Shown piece after piece: positions 1 through 12,774 of a DNA stretch of 64,000 bases. The translations under genes and the position numbers were made by a program. The notes below the pieces were generated by a model, which searched no databases, was not told where the DNA came from, and was given only the letters and a program-made list of their open reading frames with translations. Numbering within the stretch: the first letter of the stretch is position 1; each line of letters opens with the position of its first letter. Location: assembly GCA_964016885.1 (NCBI GenBank), contig OZ024743.1:220782001-220846000 (forward strand). The letters run 5' to 3'. Source of the DNA: Eledone cirrhosa. Lineage: Eukaryota.

Positions 1-101
1 GTGATGACAAGTGCAGAGAGATCTCCAGAGAGATCTCCAGAGAGATCTCCAGAGAGATCTCCAGAGAGATCTCCAGAGAGATCTCCAGATATAAAGCAAT
101 G
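1..101 (-). mobile_element. Fragment of non-coding retroposon family A, with an internal 12-bp unit (GAGAGATCTCCA) amplified about 6 times
   Basis: Matches 12061-12102, 11368-11410 and the reverse complement of about 57435-57476, where the 12-mer occurs once. Confidence 0.85.
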
Positions 102-296
102 CGTGTATATATACATATACATATATATATACACATATATATATGTATATGTGTATGTATATCGTACTTCTGTAAATGTATCGTAGATAGAAATCAATAA
201 GGAGCTAAAACAGTCCATCACCAAAACCCCAGATAGTAGCTATATAACCAAATATGTATAAAGGAAGTCATGTCGGTGTTTATGTTTGTGTGTGTT

Positions 297-803
297 GACT
301 GCCCTCTCTTTATCGAGTATGGCCATAGCACGATATATCATTATTAATAATTATTGATTAATTCTATCGTGCAATGCCTGTGAGTGAAGATATTTTTTAA
401 AGTGAGGAAATACTGTGTACTGAGCCAATCCCACTCTCTGAGAGACAGTAGCTATAACTCGAAAAGAAGAAAAGAAAAAAAGATCCACATCATCGGTAAC
501 TACTGAGCCACAGGTTTTATATCGGAGTTATCCCAGTTTCCTGAGTTGCCTTATCGTAGAAGAATACCCTGACAAAGGCTAGGGGGTCCTTCACTACCAG
601 TGGTTTAACCTCGCGGTACATGTCTATATACATATTTACACACATTTGGATGGCGGTTGACTCTTTTGAGTTCTTCCGCACTTTGTCAGGTTTTGTTTTT
701 TGTCCTGCAGGGTGTCCAAGGGGTTGCCGTTTTAGTCGCCGACGACCCGACCATGCAACAGGTTGTACTGGGTTACATGTTACCAGTAGCACTCAAGAGT
801 GAC
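297..803 (-). mobile_element. Non-coding retroposon family B (relative of family A, RTE-like ends)
   Basis: Shares blocks with family A (CAATGCCTGTG, CCCTGACAAAGGCTA, TTAGTCGCC..ACGACCCGACCATG..CAGGTTGTACTGG..TACATGTTACCAGTAGCAC); abuts a (TACA)n tract; second partial copy at 28614-28707. Confidence 0.7.
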
Positions 804-2124
804 CATACATATACATACATATACATACATACATTCATACACATACATACACACTTACATACATACATTACATACATTCATACATACATGTATACATATA
901 TATAGATACATATATACATATATGCATATATATATGCATACATACATAAGTACATGATATATACATAAATGCACCACCCCTTCATGAATCTGAATCTCTG
1001 GTCCTTCTCAGCGCTCTCGAAAATGTCGTTGTCATTAGGAAACCCCTCCATCATATTTGGGATTAAAACTGGTGAGGCAAGTATTTCGCCCATCAGTCCA
1101 TCCGCTTAACATCAGTCATGCATTAACGGTGTCCACTGCAATTTACACTTTATCAACTCAAATCTACCTCAAGGTATCAAATTGTTCATTTGAGCATCGG
1201 TATAGTATTTATTAAAAAGTATTTATTCAAAAGTATAGTATTTATTAAAAAGTATTTATTCCGACTCTCTGAGTTCAGTGTTCAAAAAACACATATATCA
1301 AATTTGACTTTCATTCTTTTAGACGTGGATAAATTATATAGAACCAGTAGGTGCCGGTAAATTAGAAGAAATATTAAAGAGTCAAACGGTTTAATCTGTG
1401 TTATCTGATCCGCCTCTGCGCGTTCTGATTTAAAATCGCGTTTCTTTCTGCAAGGAGACGCAACCGATGGATAGTATTAGCAATGAGAACACCTGAAGAA
1501 ATATAGTTTGCTTGATCCAGTCTGATGATCAAGATTCCTTTACGACTTTCATTATTTTCTTTTGGCACATTATTGACCAGCGTTAAGTTACTTTCACTCG
1601 TATATCAATACCTTCTTTTATCAAATATATCTAAATATAAATTAAGTTCTAGACTGGTATAAACACTGCGACATATATGATCGATTAAAATCTTGAAAGC
1701 GATACCGTATAACTGAAACCAATAAAAGACATAAAGCTATAGATTGTTATCATTATTATTATTATTATTATTACGAGGGGATAGATTACGAGGAGATATA
1801 TATTTACAAAATTAAGTTAAATTCGCATTTTTGTTTGCCGAATACTCGCTATTAAATAAGATGCTGGACTGACGAGCTGTGGAAATAATTATTCCCCAGC
1901 AAAACGCGCATATTTGACAGAAGAAAATATGAATTTTACCTAACTACGTATATTATAACTCCTTCTGTAGATTGTGAGCTCTGTCAGCTTTGGATACAAA
2001 ATTTCAAAATTCACTACACTATATATATATATATATATATATATCTGTGAGCGTATGTGTGTGTGTATATATATATATATATATAAAGTACACATACAAA
2101 CACACGGACATAAATATATAATTT

Positions 2125-2313
2125 ATTATTTCTACTTTTGGCACAAGGCCAGCAATTATCCCAGTGTATTACCGGTACTTTATTTTATCAACCCCGTAAG
2201 GATGAAAGGCAAAGTTAACCTCGGCGGGATATGAACTCAGACCATAAAGGGCTGTAACCTTTTGCTGCAAAGCATGGCGGCCAACCCTCTACCGATACTG
2301 CCAATCCACCGCC
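2125..2313 (-). mobile_element. tRNA-derived SINE (family S1)
   Basis: Reverse complement of the 44161-44347 copy; A-box-like and B-box-like heads; core CCTTTCATCCTTACGGGGT.GATAAAATAAAGTACC. Confidence 0.9.
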
Positions 2314-2340
2314 TAAATCCACATCCACATAATTATATAA

Positions 2341-2525
2341 TAATTGTTTCTACTTTTGGCACAAGGCCAGCAATTATCCCAGTGTATTACTGGTACTTTA
2401 TTTTATCGACCCTGTAAGGATGAAAGGCAAAGTTAACCTCGGCGGGATTTGAACTCAGTCCGTCCGTAAAGGGACGTAACTGTGCTGCAAAGCATGGCGT
2501 CCGACCCTCTACCGATACTGCCAAT
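2341..2525 (-). mobile_element. tRNA-derived SINE (family S1), tandem with previous copy
   Basis: Near-identical to 2125-2313 and other S1 copies. Confidence 0.9.
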
Positions 2526-2665
2526 ATATATAATAATAATAGATGATTCAGTAGATTCGTGGTTTACTGAGGCGGGTACGAAAATCAGCAATCTATGCTA
2601 AGACAAACTGTATATTTTGAAAGCAAAGCGAGGTTTCAGATTAAGGTCTTTATTGATTATACATA

Positions 2666-2750
2666 GTTACGACCGTTTCATAGTTGGGTGGCTCAGGATC
2701 TATATCAATGATATAGACTCGAAACCATCCCAATCTGCTCTTCTGACTTG
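2666..2750 (-). ncRNA. Decayed type I hammerhead ribozyme motif with long stem II
   Basis: Minus strand reads CAGAAGA (CUGAAGA with one change), a long hairpin (TTGGG/CCCAA, TGGTTT/GAGCCA, GTCTATATC/GATATAGAT), then GAAAC G GTC, followed by AATAAA. Stem I is poorly paired. Confidence 0.55.
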
Positions 2751-2878
2751 TTAATCAAGCAAAGTCAAAATCTCATCTAATTCTAACCCGTACATACAAG
2801 ATGATGTACACACACCACCAAATATCTGTATTGACCAATCAGCACACATACTAGGAGACACACCCATAAATAAATGTG

Positions 2879-2928
<50 letters not shown>

Positions 2929-2952
2929 CACACATATATGTATATACAAACC

Positions 2953-3014
<62 letters not shown>

Positions 3015-3121
3015 CACACATATATGTATATACAAACCGACATAGATATAGTTATGAGTGTGTATATATATATATATATATATGATGTGAGAAAAACCAC
3101 AAACCCTCCATCTCAATTCTA

Positions 3122-3157
3122 CTTTTGAAAAGCAGAAGAACTGCGAAACCGATAAAG
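3122..3157 (+). ncRNA. Minimal hammerhead motif (U3-A8 core variant), one stem III mismatch
   Basis: CTT-TTGAAAA-GCAG aagaa CTGC-GAAAC-CG-ATA-AAG; stem I CTT/AAG; AATAAA just downstream; insert flanked by (TA)n. Confidence 0.6.
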
Positions 3158-3282
3158 GAACCAAATAAATATATATTTAAAAAAAAAAAGACTCCAGTTA
3201 CATTTTCGATTTCATCTTTTTTACTTATACTTTCACTCGTGTGGGACACCTCTTTTTTTTTCATTTTGTAAAAAAACCTCCC

Positions 3283-3313
<31 letters not shown>

Positions 3314-3314
3314 A

Positions 3315-3554
3315 AATAAATGTATCTGAGTTTTTCGAATATTAATAATAACATTCGATTCGTTTGCAAACAAGCCTCAATTTTATAGAATTGTCAGTAG
3401 AATTGACACTTTATTCTTGCTATTGCGTTCGCATGCGAACACAAGAACAAGAATTAAGGGTTCATTCTACTGACATGGCTATAAAATTGCAAACGTTATT
3501 ATTAATATTCGAAATGTTATTATTAATATTCGAAAAACTCAGATTACATTTATT
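3315..3554. repeat. Fold-back (inverted-repeat) element between (TA)n tracts
   Basis: AATAAATGTATCTGAGTTTTTCGAATATTAATAATAAC pairs with GTTATTATTAATATTCGAAAAACTCAGATTACATTTATT; inner arms TGTCAGTAGAAT/ATTCTACTGACA; central GTTCGCATGCGAAC palindrome. Confidence 0.8.
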
Positions 3555-3625
3555 GTATTCAACCATGTAGAGCGAAATTTTCTTTTTTATATATATATAT
3601 ATTTAATTATTTATGTGTGTGTGTG

Positions 3626-3751
<126 letters not shown>

Positions 3752-4087
3752 GTAAAAAAGAGGAGATAGGTATAGGTGGAGATATTGATATAATACAACC
3801 TGCAATTAATTAATTCCTTAACCATAGAAAACAATCTAAAAAGTTTTGTGAAAGATCTAATGCTTGTATGAGATAAATGAAAGGAAACATTCATCATTTA
3901 AACAAATGCTTAATAAGTCGTGATCAATATAATTTCCGTTTCATTAAACTTTGTAGCCATTTTGAAATAAGGAATATTACAAATACATGTCTTACTTAGG
4001 AAATTAATTCAACAATCATCTTTTGTTAAAGAATGTAAAATATCAGTAGGTATATTTGACCTATTGTTTTTCGAAGTTTGAGTCCAT

Positions 4088-4177
<90 letters not shown>

Positions 4178-4229
4178 TTATAGATATATACTTACATTTC
4201 CCTCTCTGTCTTTTATGTATATACACACA

Positions 4230-4273
<44 letters not shown>

Positions 4274-4281
4274 GATATATG

Positions 4282-4313
<32 letters not shown>

Positions 4314-4356
4314 CAAATATATGTATATATATATATGTGTGTGTGTGTGTATATCA

Positions 4357-4396
<40 letters not shown>

Positions 4397-4567
4397 ACAT
4401 ACACACACACATATATATACATATATGTATATGTATATTTATATATATATAAATATATATATATACATATACATATATGTATATACGTGTGTGTGTGTAT
4501 ATATATAAATATATATATATATATTTATGCACACACTCACACAGACACATATATATATACATATATT

Positions 4568-4609
<42 letters not shown>

Positions 4610-4867
4610 TATATCTGTATATAGATACACACCTCACAGTACGAGTGTGTGTGGTGTACGGACTATCAGTTCTTCATCTAAAGTATTATATATTTCTAAA
4701 CCTAATCCCAAGGCTTAATGGGTATGTTGAGTAAGAACATACGAACACTGACAGAACACACAGTCACCCATACATGCACACACATGCTCGCATACATATA
4801 TATGTGTGTATGCATGCACGTAAACATTTATTAAAGAGGTATACGTATTCTGTATATATATATATAA

Positions 4868-4894
4868 GACTTTAGTCTTCACATTTATTATTAT

Positions 4895-4936
<42 letters not shown>

Positions 4937-4963
4937 ATAATAATAAATGTGAAGACTAAAGTC
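4868..4963. repeat. 96-bp perfect palindrome (30-bp arms around (TA)18)
   Basis: GACTTTAGTCTTCACATTTATTATTATTAC at 4868-4897 and its exact reverse complement at 4934-4963. Confidence 0.9.
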
Positions 4964-5001
4964 AAAAGATATATATATATAATATATTTACCGTATATAC
5001 C

Positions 5002-5057
<56 letters not shown>

Positions 5058-5157
5058 TGATTGCGGAAGAGAGCGAGAGGAAGAGAGAAAGAGAAAGGAA
5101 GAGAGAGAGAGGTAGAGATAGATAGAGATAGATAGAGAGAGATAGAGAGAGAGAGAT

Positions 5158-5225
<68 letters not shown>

Positions 5226-7357
5226 TTTGAGACAAAATGTTTGAAGAATAAGGATTTCTATACAAATGTTATATAGGAAAAATAATAAAGATTTTATTTA
5301 TTATACATACATGCAACGTGTATGGCACACAACGGAAATAATGTTTTTTGACATAAAAAAGAAGAGTTTTTGTACTTGATCGGTTTCTCTTAAACAGCTT
5401 TTCAAAAGTCATTTCATGTCTAATTTCTAAGTTTGTAATGTTATTGTCGCCTGTTTTTTGTTAAAACAAGGAATGTGAGTGGCATTATCTTTTGCACTTT
5501 ATGTCGAAGAAAACGCAATTCTTGACAAGGGATGTAACTCTGGTCTGACCAGGTATTAAAAATTACGTGTGCAAAGATTTCATCTTGGGCCTAAACTTGT
5601 GGTTACCGGTTCGCCCTTTTCACAAAAGAAACTGGTAACAAGAGAAACTGGCAACACTAGCACGAATATCGACCAAGTTTCTTATTATAATCTTGTAATA
5701 AAGGGGCTTTAGACACGAAAGGTTTGGACAGGTAAATGAAATACACCAACATCTCTGTTGCCTTCAATTTATTCCGATATCTACCGTCCATTTTGCATTG
5801 TCGTAGAGAGAGAGAGAGAGAGAGAGAGATGCAGATTTCGAACAGAAGGCGTAAAATATGTGTAAATGATCGAAATATAGATAGATTGCTAGATAAACAG
5901 ATAGATAGACGGATAGATAGACAGATAGATAGCCAGATTGATAAATAGACATATAGATAGATAGGTCAGATGAATAAATAAATAGATAGTTCACCAACAA
6001 AACGACAATTGTATTAAACATAGAGAAAAGTTATATAATCGAAATGACAAAATTATTTCTCTCCTTCTAAACACATCGACATCCACATAACAAACATTAT
6101 GTAACAGGCAAATTTACATAAACACATGCATACAACTGTCATACACGGCGATAGATATATATATAATGGTAAGCCATAAAATATCCTTAGAATATAGTAA
6201 TGATTAATATATATCCATTGAAATGGAGTATCGATTTATTTTCAGAGAATTATGTAAGCATAGTATAAACCATTGGTTCTGTAGTGTAGGATAAGCTTTC
6301 TGGTGTATCTACTCTCAAACGATACAATTGTATATCTAGAGTTTCATTTAATCCATTTTGAATATGTAGCTTTAAACATCAAAATGTCACCATCGCCAAG
6401 CCGCCACTAGTCAATCATTGAAGCCAACGAACTTGTCTCTCTCTTCACCTTATCTGCTCGACCTGGTAGAAATAACAGCCACATCTCCCCGTTATATCAC
6501 AACCCATTGAGAATGGTAAGATATAGTAAGATAGTGTAGTTCTGTCAACTTTCTCTCTAAAAAAAAGAAAATATTGATGATCCTGGCTGGGTCGACGGTG
6601 GTGGATTTTTAGTCTTTAGAGCATCGAGCAAAATGATTTGCTGATTTAATTCCTGCTCGGTATGGTTTGAGATCAACATCTGTGGATAGTAACGTAAGAG
6701 TTTAGCCATCCTTTTAGATAAAATAGACTTCTCTTTCCTCCAAAATTGCTGGCCATGTGCCTTAATTAGAAAACATTATATGGATTGGCAGAAACAACAA
6801 ATCCAAACCATATGTATATAGGCGATTGAATGTGTTTTGTCTCTTAAAGTTTAAATTAATTTTAAAAAACTGTGCTTTAAATATTTGTCTACGTTGTCAG
6901 CGCATGCATTTATATGCAAATTAGTTCAATCAATTAAACTGTTACTGCTTTGTACAAATTACAGCCGTCACTCACAAGCGCGTATGGCATAGTAACATGT
7001 ATGATGTTATCGCGAAAGGGTTTTAGATGCCCATGCAGTGGCGAGCCGATATAAATACACTCACAACTCGCCCTCCTTTGATCCAGTGAAACATCCGGTA
7101 TATTACAGCTGGGAGGGAAGAAAGCTGCACCAGTACTGAGTTGGTACTTTCTTTATCTAAACGAATGAAAGTTAAAGTGAAACTCAGTCCGATTTAAAAT
7201 CAGAGACATGGAAAAAAATACTCAAATCTGCGAAATCAACCGCCCTACTAGATTGTATATACAGTGAACAATCTAGAAGTTACTAATTTCTGAAGTCTAA
7301 CTAGACTAGAACCGGTAAAATCTATCCTACTTTTTCTCTTCAAGGAGTGATATACTA

Positions 7358-7578
7358 CGAGGGTAGGCTGACTATAAAGGAGTAATGCTAGAGCTGCGAA
7401 ATATTGCATGCATTTATTTCAAATCAATATCTGCATTGTTCCTGTCTAGAGACTATTTTGAGAAATAAACCTCATTTGGTCATTGTCTGAAAGTATCTTG
7501 GTCAGCCTATGAACTTTTCAGTCTATGAATTTGCATCCTATGAACCTTTCAGCCTATAAACATTTCAACCGACGCTCG
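7358..7578. mobile_element. Mariner-type MITE (decayed)
   Basis: TA|CGAGGGTAGGCTGA ... TCAACCGACGCTCG|TA: imperfect TIRs with TA duplication; subterminal GAACTTTTCAG.CTAT repeats. Confidence 0.65.
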
Positions 7579-7838
7579 TATATTGTATATGGGGAACGTC
7601 CATATAATATCCAAAGGGGTAGAATTACTCAAATATATTTTAAAGAATCTGCATTTTTCTGCGTATGTACCAATAAAAATGTCATCGTATTGACGTTTCA
7701 ATAAACTTGTAAATTCTTTTCCTTTTAAATTAGACATTGTTATTGATAATACATTTAAACAAACTTGAGTTAATAAATTGTTTTGCTGGTTCTAAATCAA
7801 TTTAAATGCATATAATAATATATGTGTCTATTAATAGG

Positions 7839-8363
7839 GCCGGATGGAAGGCGTTGAACGGCATAAGGGATGTGCTCAAGGGGAGGTTGGACAAGACCAC
7901 CCGCGCCAACCTCTTCAATAGCACAGTTTTACCTACAATGTTATATGGCAGTGAAACTTGGGCTACAACGAAGAGAGAAGAGAAGAGGCTGGTAACGCCT
8001 CAAAGAGCCATGGAGAGATCAATGCTAGGAATTTCGTTGAGAGAGCACATCAGGAGCGAAGTCAGACAGAAGTCCGGCGTGAGGGACGTCATCACGGAAT
8101 ATATGCGCAGCAAGTTCAGATGGGCTGGACACGTCGCCCGGTTCACCGATAATCGGTGGACCCGCGCAGTTGCTGAGTGGTACCCGCACGAGCACATACG
8201 ACCACTCGGAAGGCCTCCATGAAGGTGGAGTTACGATTTTAGGAATATGATTGGGACTACATCGATGAGGAAAGCACGATCCAGAGAGGAATGGACGGCG
8301 TGCTGTGACCAGCGGTGCCAAATGGACGCCCCACAGACTGGTCAGTCAAGATGATCAAGGTGA
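7839..8363 (+). mobile_element. 5'-truncated RTE-clade LINE (ORF C-terminus and 3' UTR)
   Basis: Translation LFNSTVLPTMLYGSETW...QRAMERSMLG...KFRWAGHVAR...RPLGRPP is typical of the RTE post-RT region; 10-bp TSD TATTAATAGG at 7829-7838 and 8364-8373; short repeated tail TCAAGATGA TCAAGGTGA. Confidence 0.9.
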
Positions 8364-8919
8364 TATTAATAGGCATGTATTCGTGAATGCAACAGCAGGA
8401 GCAAGCCAATGAGAGGTTGTCACGTTCATCCCCCGTTCGTTCGCCGTGTCTCTAGGACGTGCAAATCTCCAGGGATATGCCACCTCATTTTAAGAATTAA
8501 CTAAATTTCATCACCGAAACAAGTTTATTTTATAAAATTATATTCTAGAGCCTGAATATATATGAGTGCAATACGAGTGTGTTTTTTTATTTTTTATATA
8601 TATATATATCAGAGTTTGTATACATATATATGTATATTATAAATAGTTTGTATTCCTACCTACGCCAACCTATATATATTTATACTTCTTTGTGTGTCAC
8701 CAGTGTTTCAATATGTAAATTTTTCGTATCTCTATTTATTATTGTCAAAAAATAGACGACGTTTAGTCTATTGGTACACAAATAATATTCGAATAATAAT
8801 ATATATTTGTTAGGATTTACTCAACTACTATTGTAAACAACATTAAAATTCTTTTGAAAACTTATGGAAAACACAAACAATACAATTTCAGTATTAAAGC
8901 TATCAGTGTTATAATGGGC

Positions 8920-8969
<50 letters not shown>

Positions 8970-10344
8970 CTTCTCCGTGTTAAGAATTATGCGAAAAAAC
9001 ACGCATACGCACGCGTTCGCACACAGCCAGAAACACACACACACACATATATGTGTGTGTGTGTGTATATACGGGTGTGTGTTTGTGTGTGCTTGTGTGC
9101 GTCTGTTTATATTTGTGTGTATGCGTTTTCTTTGAGAAAGCACATAATGTTACGAACATACCAGATAACCTTTCATTTATCATCAATCATCATTGATGTT
9201 TGTTTAAACTTTCCTTTGTTTAACGTAACATTGAAATATATTCGGAAATATATTGAATTATGCATGACATACTTTATACAATGAAGAATTGTTACTTGGA
9301 AAAAGTGTCAATATCGAAACACCATTAATAGACATAGGTGGCATTTGGGTGGCAAGATTTGTAGAGTCCAGTGGAGTAAACCGCTTCTGGTGCTTAGTTA
9401 TGGCCCTTTACAGTCTTCGTTCAAATCCCATGGGTAACTATTTTACTTTGCCTTTTCAAGTTCAATGTACCACTCTAATGATGGGGTTCTATTAATAAGA
9501 ATTATATTATATATATATGTCATTTATTCATGTGCTTCGAGCTCCGGGTCGAGTGGTAGGGGTGCCCTCTTATCATGCAGTGTCTTGAATATTGAAACCT
9601 AGCGGAGCCCATTCCTCTCCCAGACGGAAAATTGTACAATTCTGTCAGTAAACAGAGACACCACGAACTGGTCTCGATTTTATATTGCAATCAATTTACT
9701 TGCTACACTTCACATATAACACTAACATACCTGCAAAAAAATCATTATTAAAAGATTGAGCAATTTTTTCGTTTAGCTAATTTGAAACATAAAAACCACA
9801 AATATTAAAGAAAAAAGAAGACAAGCAACTTTCTCATTTCGCAAATCTGAAAGATGAATACAGGGGAAAAGTTTAAATATTTGTATTTTGAACTTGACAT
9901 TTAATAATTAGATAATATCCAACTTTGACCGATTAAATACACGAAGTTGTAACAAGTGAGAGAACTGTAAAACTGTAGTTTTGTTTGACTGTCAAATTTG
10001 TTACTTTACGAAATTACGTTTTAAAAATATTGGTTACTCTATTCAAATTATTTTAGTATTATATAAAACTCAAGAGAAAAATTCTTAAAACCAAAAGCTT
10101 GACAATTGAATGATGAAAATTATTCAGACGTTAAAAGAAATGTCTTTCACATGAGCATTAATGACATAATGTGCAATGGCGACGTAATTGATGTGGAATG
10201 GCTATGACAAGCAATCGATGGCAGATCTAGCAAAATAATCGACTTGCATTTAATCTATATCTAAGCCACAGATCTTTAATAGACTGAGAATATTAATATT
10301 AAAGATTTACGTGAACGAACATTTTGAATAAAGCTGGACCTCGG

Positions 10345-10650
10345 TCGCTTACGACGACGTCTTTTCCAGTTGATGCAATAAATGGAGAAGCTTACTAGTA
10401 AAATCAACGTCCAAGTGGATAAATATTCCAGAGACACATGTTCCCTTCATTAACGTAGTTCTCGGGGAGATTCAGCCTGACACAGTGTATATTAAAGCTG
10501 GCACGTTCAAAGAAAGGTACAAATTAGTTCCTGCTGAGTGAACTGGAACAACAGGAAAAAAATGTCTTGCACAAGAACATCAACCGGAATCTAACTCCCG
10601 GCCTCTTTACGCTCGACAGCTGAACACCCTAACCATCAAACCACGTGTCA
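10345..10650 (-). mobile_element. Old tRNA-derived SINE (family S2)
   Basis: Decayed tRNA-like head at right end; body similar to about 38420-38560 (TATTCCAGAGACAC.TG..CC.TTCA); related heads near 47436 and 60080. Confidence 0.55.
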
Positions 10651-11048
10651 ACATCTGTTTATACAAATAACATAAGATACGATATATAGGTTTAGATATC
10701 CTTTAAGAAAAATACAGAAAATAACTTGAGTTTATCATCGCAAAATATTAAAATTATAATAGTCAGACACCTGCATTCACTTTTTAGTTAAAATGGCATG
10801 GATATAATGTAAAGTAAGGCAAGATAGTGATATGGAATGAAAAATACGTCTTAGGTGAAGAGGTTTTGTGTGTAAAATATAGACTTAAAGCTGTGTTAAA
10901 TGTTATAAATTATCACAGAAATCTTGAAGAGGATTAACACTGTACCAGCATCACTGCATGGAAAAAATAGTTCGCTTTGGTGAGCACTCATCCATAGATG
11001 TATACTTACATACATGCATACCTGCACACAGATGCTTGCATACATATC

Positions 11049-11145
11049 TACCTAGGTGATGTGTAAATTCTAATGAGTGAGTCTTTATATGTTAGAAACC
11101 GACTCTCTATTGGCAAAGATTTGTAAAATAAAACCAGAAGAACAT
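11049..11145 (+). mobile_element. 3' end of retroelement family C with (TACA)n tail
   Basis: Homologous to reverse complement of 57897-58003 (GATGTGTAAATTC.AATGAG.GAGTCTT...ATGTTAGAAACCGACTCTCT...TAAAACCAGAA.AACATACAT). Confidence 0.75.
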
Positions 11146-11193
11146 ACATATATACATACATATATACATATATATATACATACATACATATAT

Positions 11194-11645
11194 GGTGGCT
11201 GCCAACTCGTTTTCGAGTACGGCCACTACTATATCCATGTAGGAGAACCCCTACCGATGCGCTGAACGAGTATGACTTTTTAGTCCAGCCAGAGACTTGA
11301 AAACTCTGGTACAAACACTACACTTGTGACAATTATTGACACATAGTGCTGGGCCCATGGTAGCATGTGACGACAAGTGCAGAGAGATCTCCAGATATAA
11401 AGCAAGGCCTGTGCCGTGAAGCTTTTATAGTGAGCAAAGGCACTGCACAAAGCCAGTCCCACTTTCTTAACCAAGATGATATTTACCAAAATGAAGAACA
11501 AGTCAACATCATTGGATACCATCAGGGTTGCAGGTGTTATATCAGAGTTTTCTTTGTCCTAGAATTCTGCCTTGACAAAGGCTAAGGGGTCCTCTCTCCC
11601 GGTGATTTTGGATGGCTATTGACTCTTAAGAGCCCCTTTGCCTTT
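11194..11645 (-). mobile_element. Family A retroposon, 5'-truncated
   Basis: Highly similar to 11890-12335 and 57200-57650; abuts (TACA)n. Confidence 0.9.
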
Positions 11646-11753
11646 TTACATGTACACATGTATACATCTACATACTGCGTGACATACACACAATCATTAC
11701 AGATAAATTCAAGAAATATAGATCAACATACGCACATAGACTCTCACACACAC

Positions 11754-11865
<112 letters not shown>

Positions 11866-11889
11866 ATACACGTGTATACATACATATAT

Positions 11890-12487
11890 GGTGGCTGCCA
11901 ACTCGTTTTCGAGTACGGCCACTACTTTATATGTAGGAGAACCCCTACCGATGCGCTGAACGAGTGTGAATTTTTAGTCCAGCCAGCGACTTGAAAACTC
12001 TGGTACAAACACTACACTTGTGACAATTATTGACACATAGTGCTCGGCCCGAGGTACCATGTGATGACAAGTGCAGAGAGATCTCCAGATATAAAGCAAT
12101 GCCTGTGCCGTGAAGCTTTTATAGTGAGAAAAGGCACTGCACAAAGCCAGTCCCACTCTCTTAACCAAGATGATATTTACCAAAAAGAAGAACAAGTCAA
12201 CATCATTGGATACCATCAGGGTTGCAGGTGTTATATCAGAGTTTTCCTTCTCCTAGAATTCTGCCCTGACAAAGGCTAAGGGGTCATCTCTCCCGGTGAT
12301 TTTGGATGGCCATTGGCTCTTAAGAGCTCCTTTGACTGGTTTTGTTTTTAGTCCTGCAGGATGTCCAAAGTCACCCTCCTCACCAAGAAACCTTGGTGGG
12401 GTTGCCAGTTTAGTCGCCAACGACCCGACCATGAGACAGGTTGTACTGGGATACATGTTACCAGTAGCACCAACTGGTGACCTGACA
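11890..12487 (-). mobile_element. Family A retroposon, apparently full length (~600 bp, non-coding)
   Basis: Co-linear end to end with 57043-57650 on the opposite strand; TACA-like repeats on both sides. Confidence 0.9.
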
Positions 12488-12774
12488 TTCATATATACAT
12501 ACATATATACATGATGATAGCTGCAACTCGATTTCGAGGAATGCCATCGCTTGATATTTACGCATTAACATTGCGGACATAGCTTTTTATTCCTGCTAGG
12601 GACTTGCCTATGGCCAGCAATACCATGCATCGAAACAAAATGTCGACATGGACGATGGCATCGACACCAATGACGGTGGTGTGGATGATCATAATAATGA
12701 TGATGTTGACGACGATGATCATCATCAGGATGCTGACGATGATGTTGACGATGCTGCTGCTCTGATGATGGAGC

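Noticed and set aside
6900-7075. ATGCAAAT octamer plus TATAAATA as a promoter
   Set aside because: Short motifs are expected by chance in AT-rich DNA; no downstream gene or snRNA recognised.
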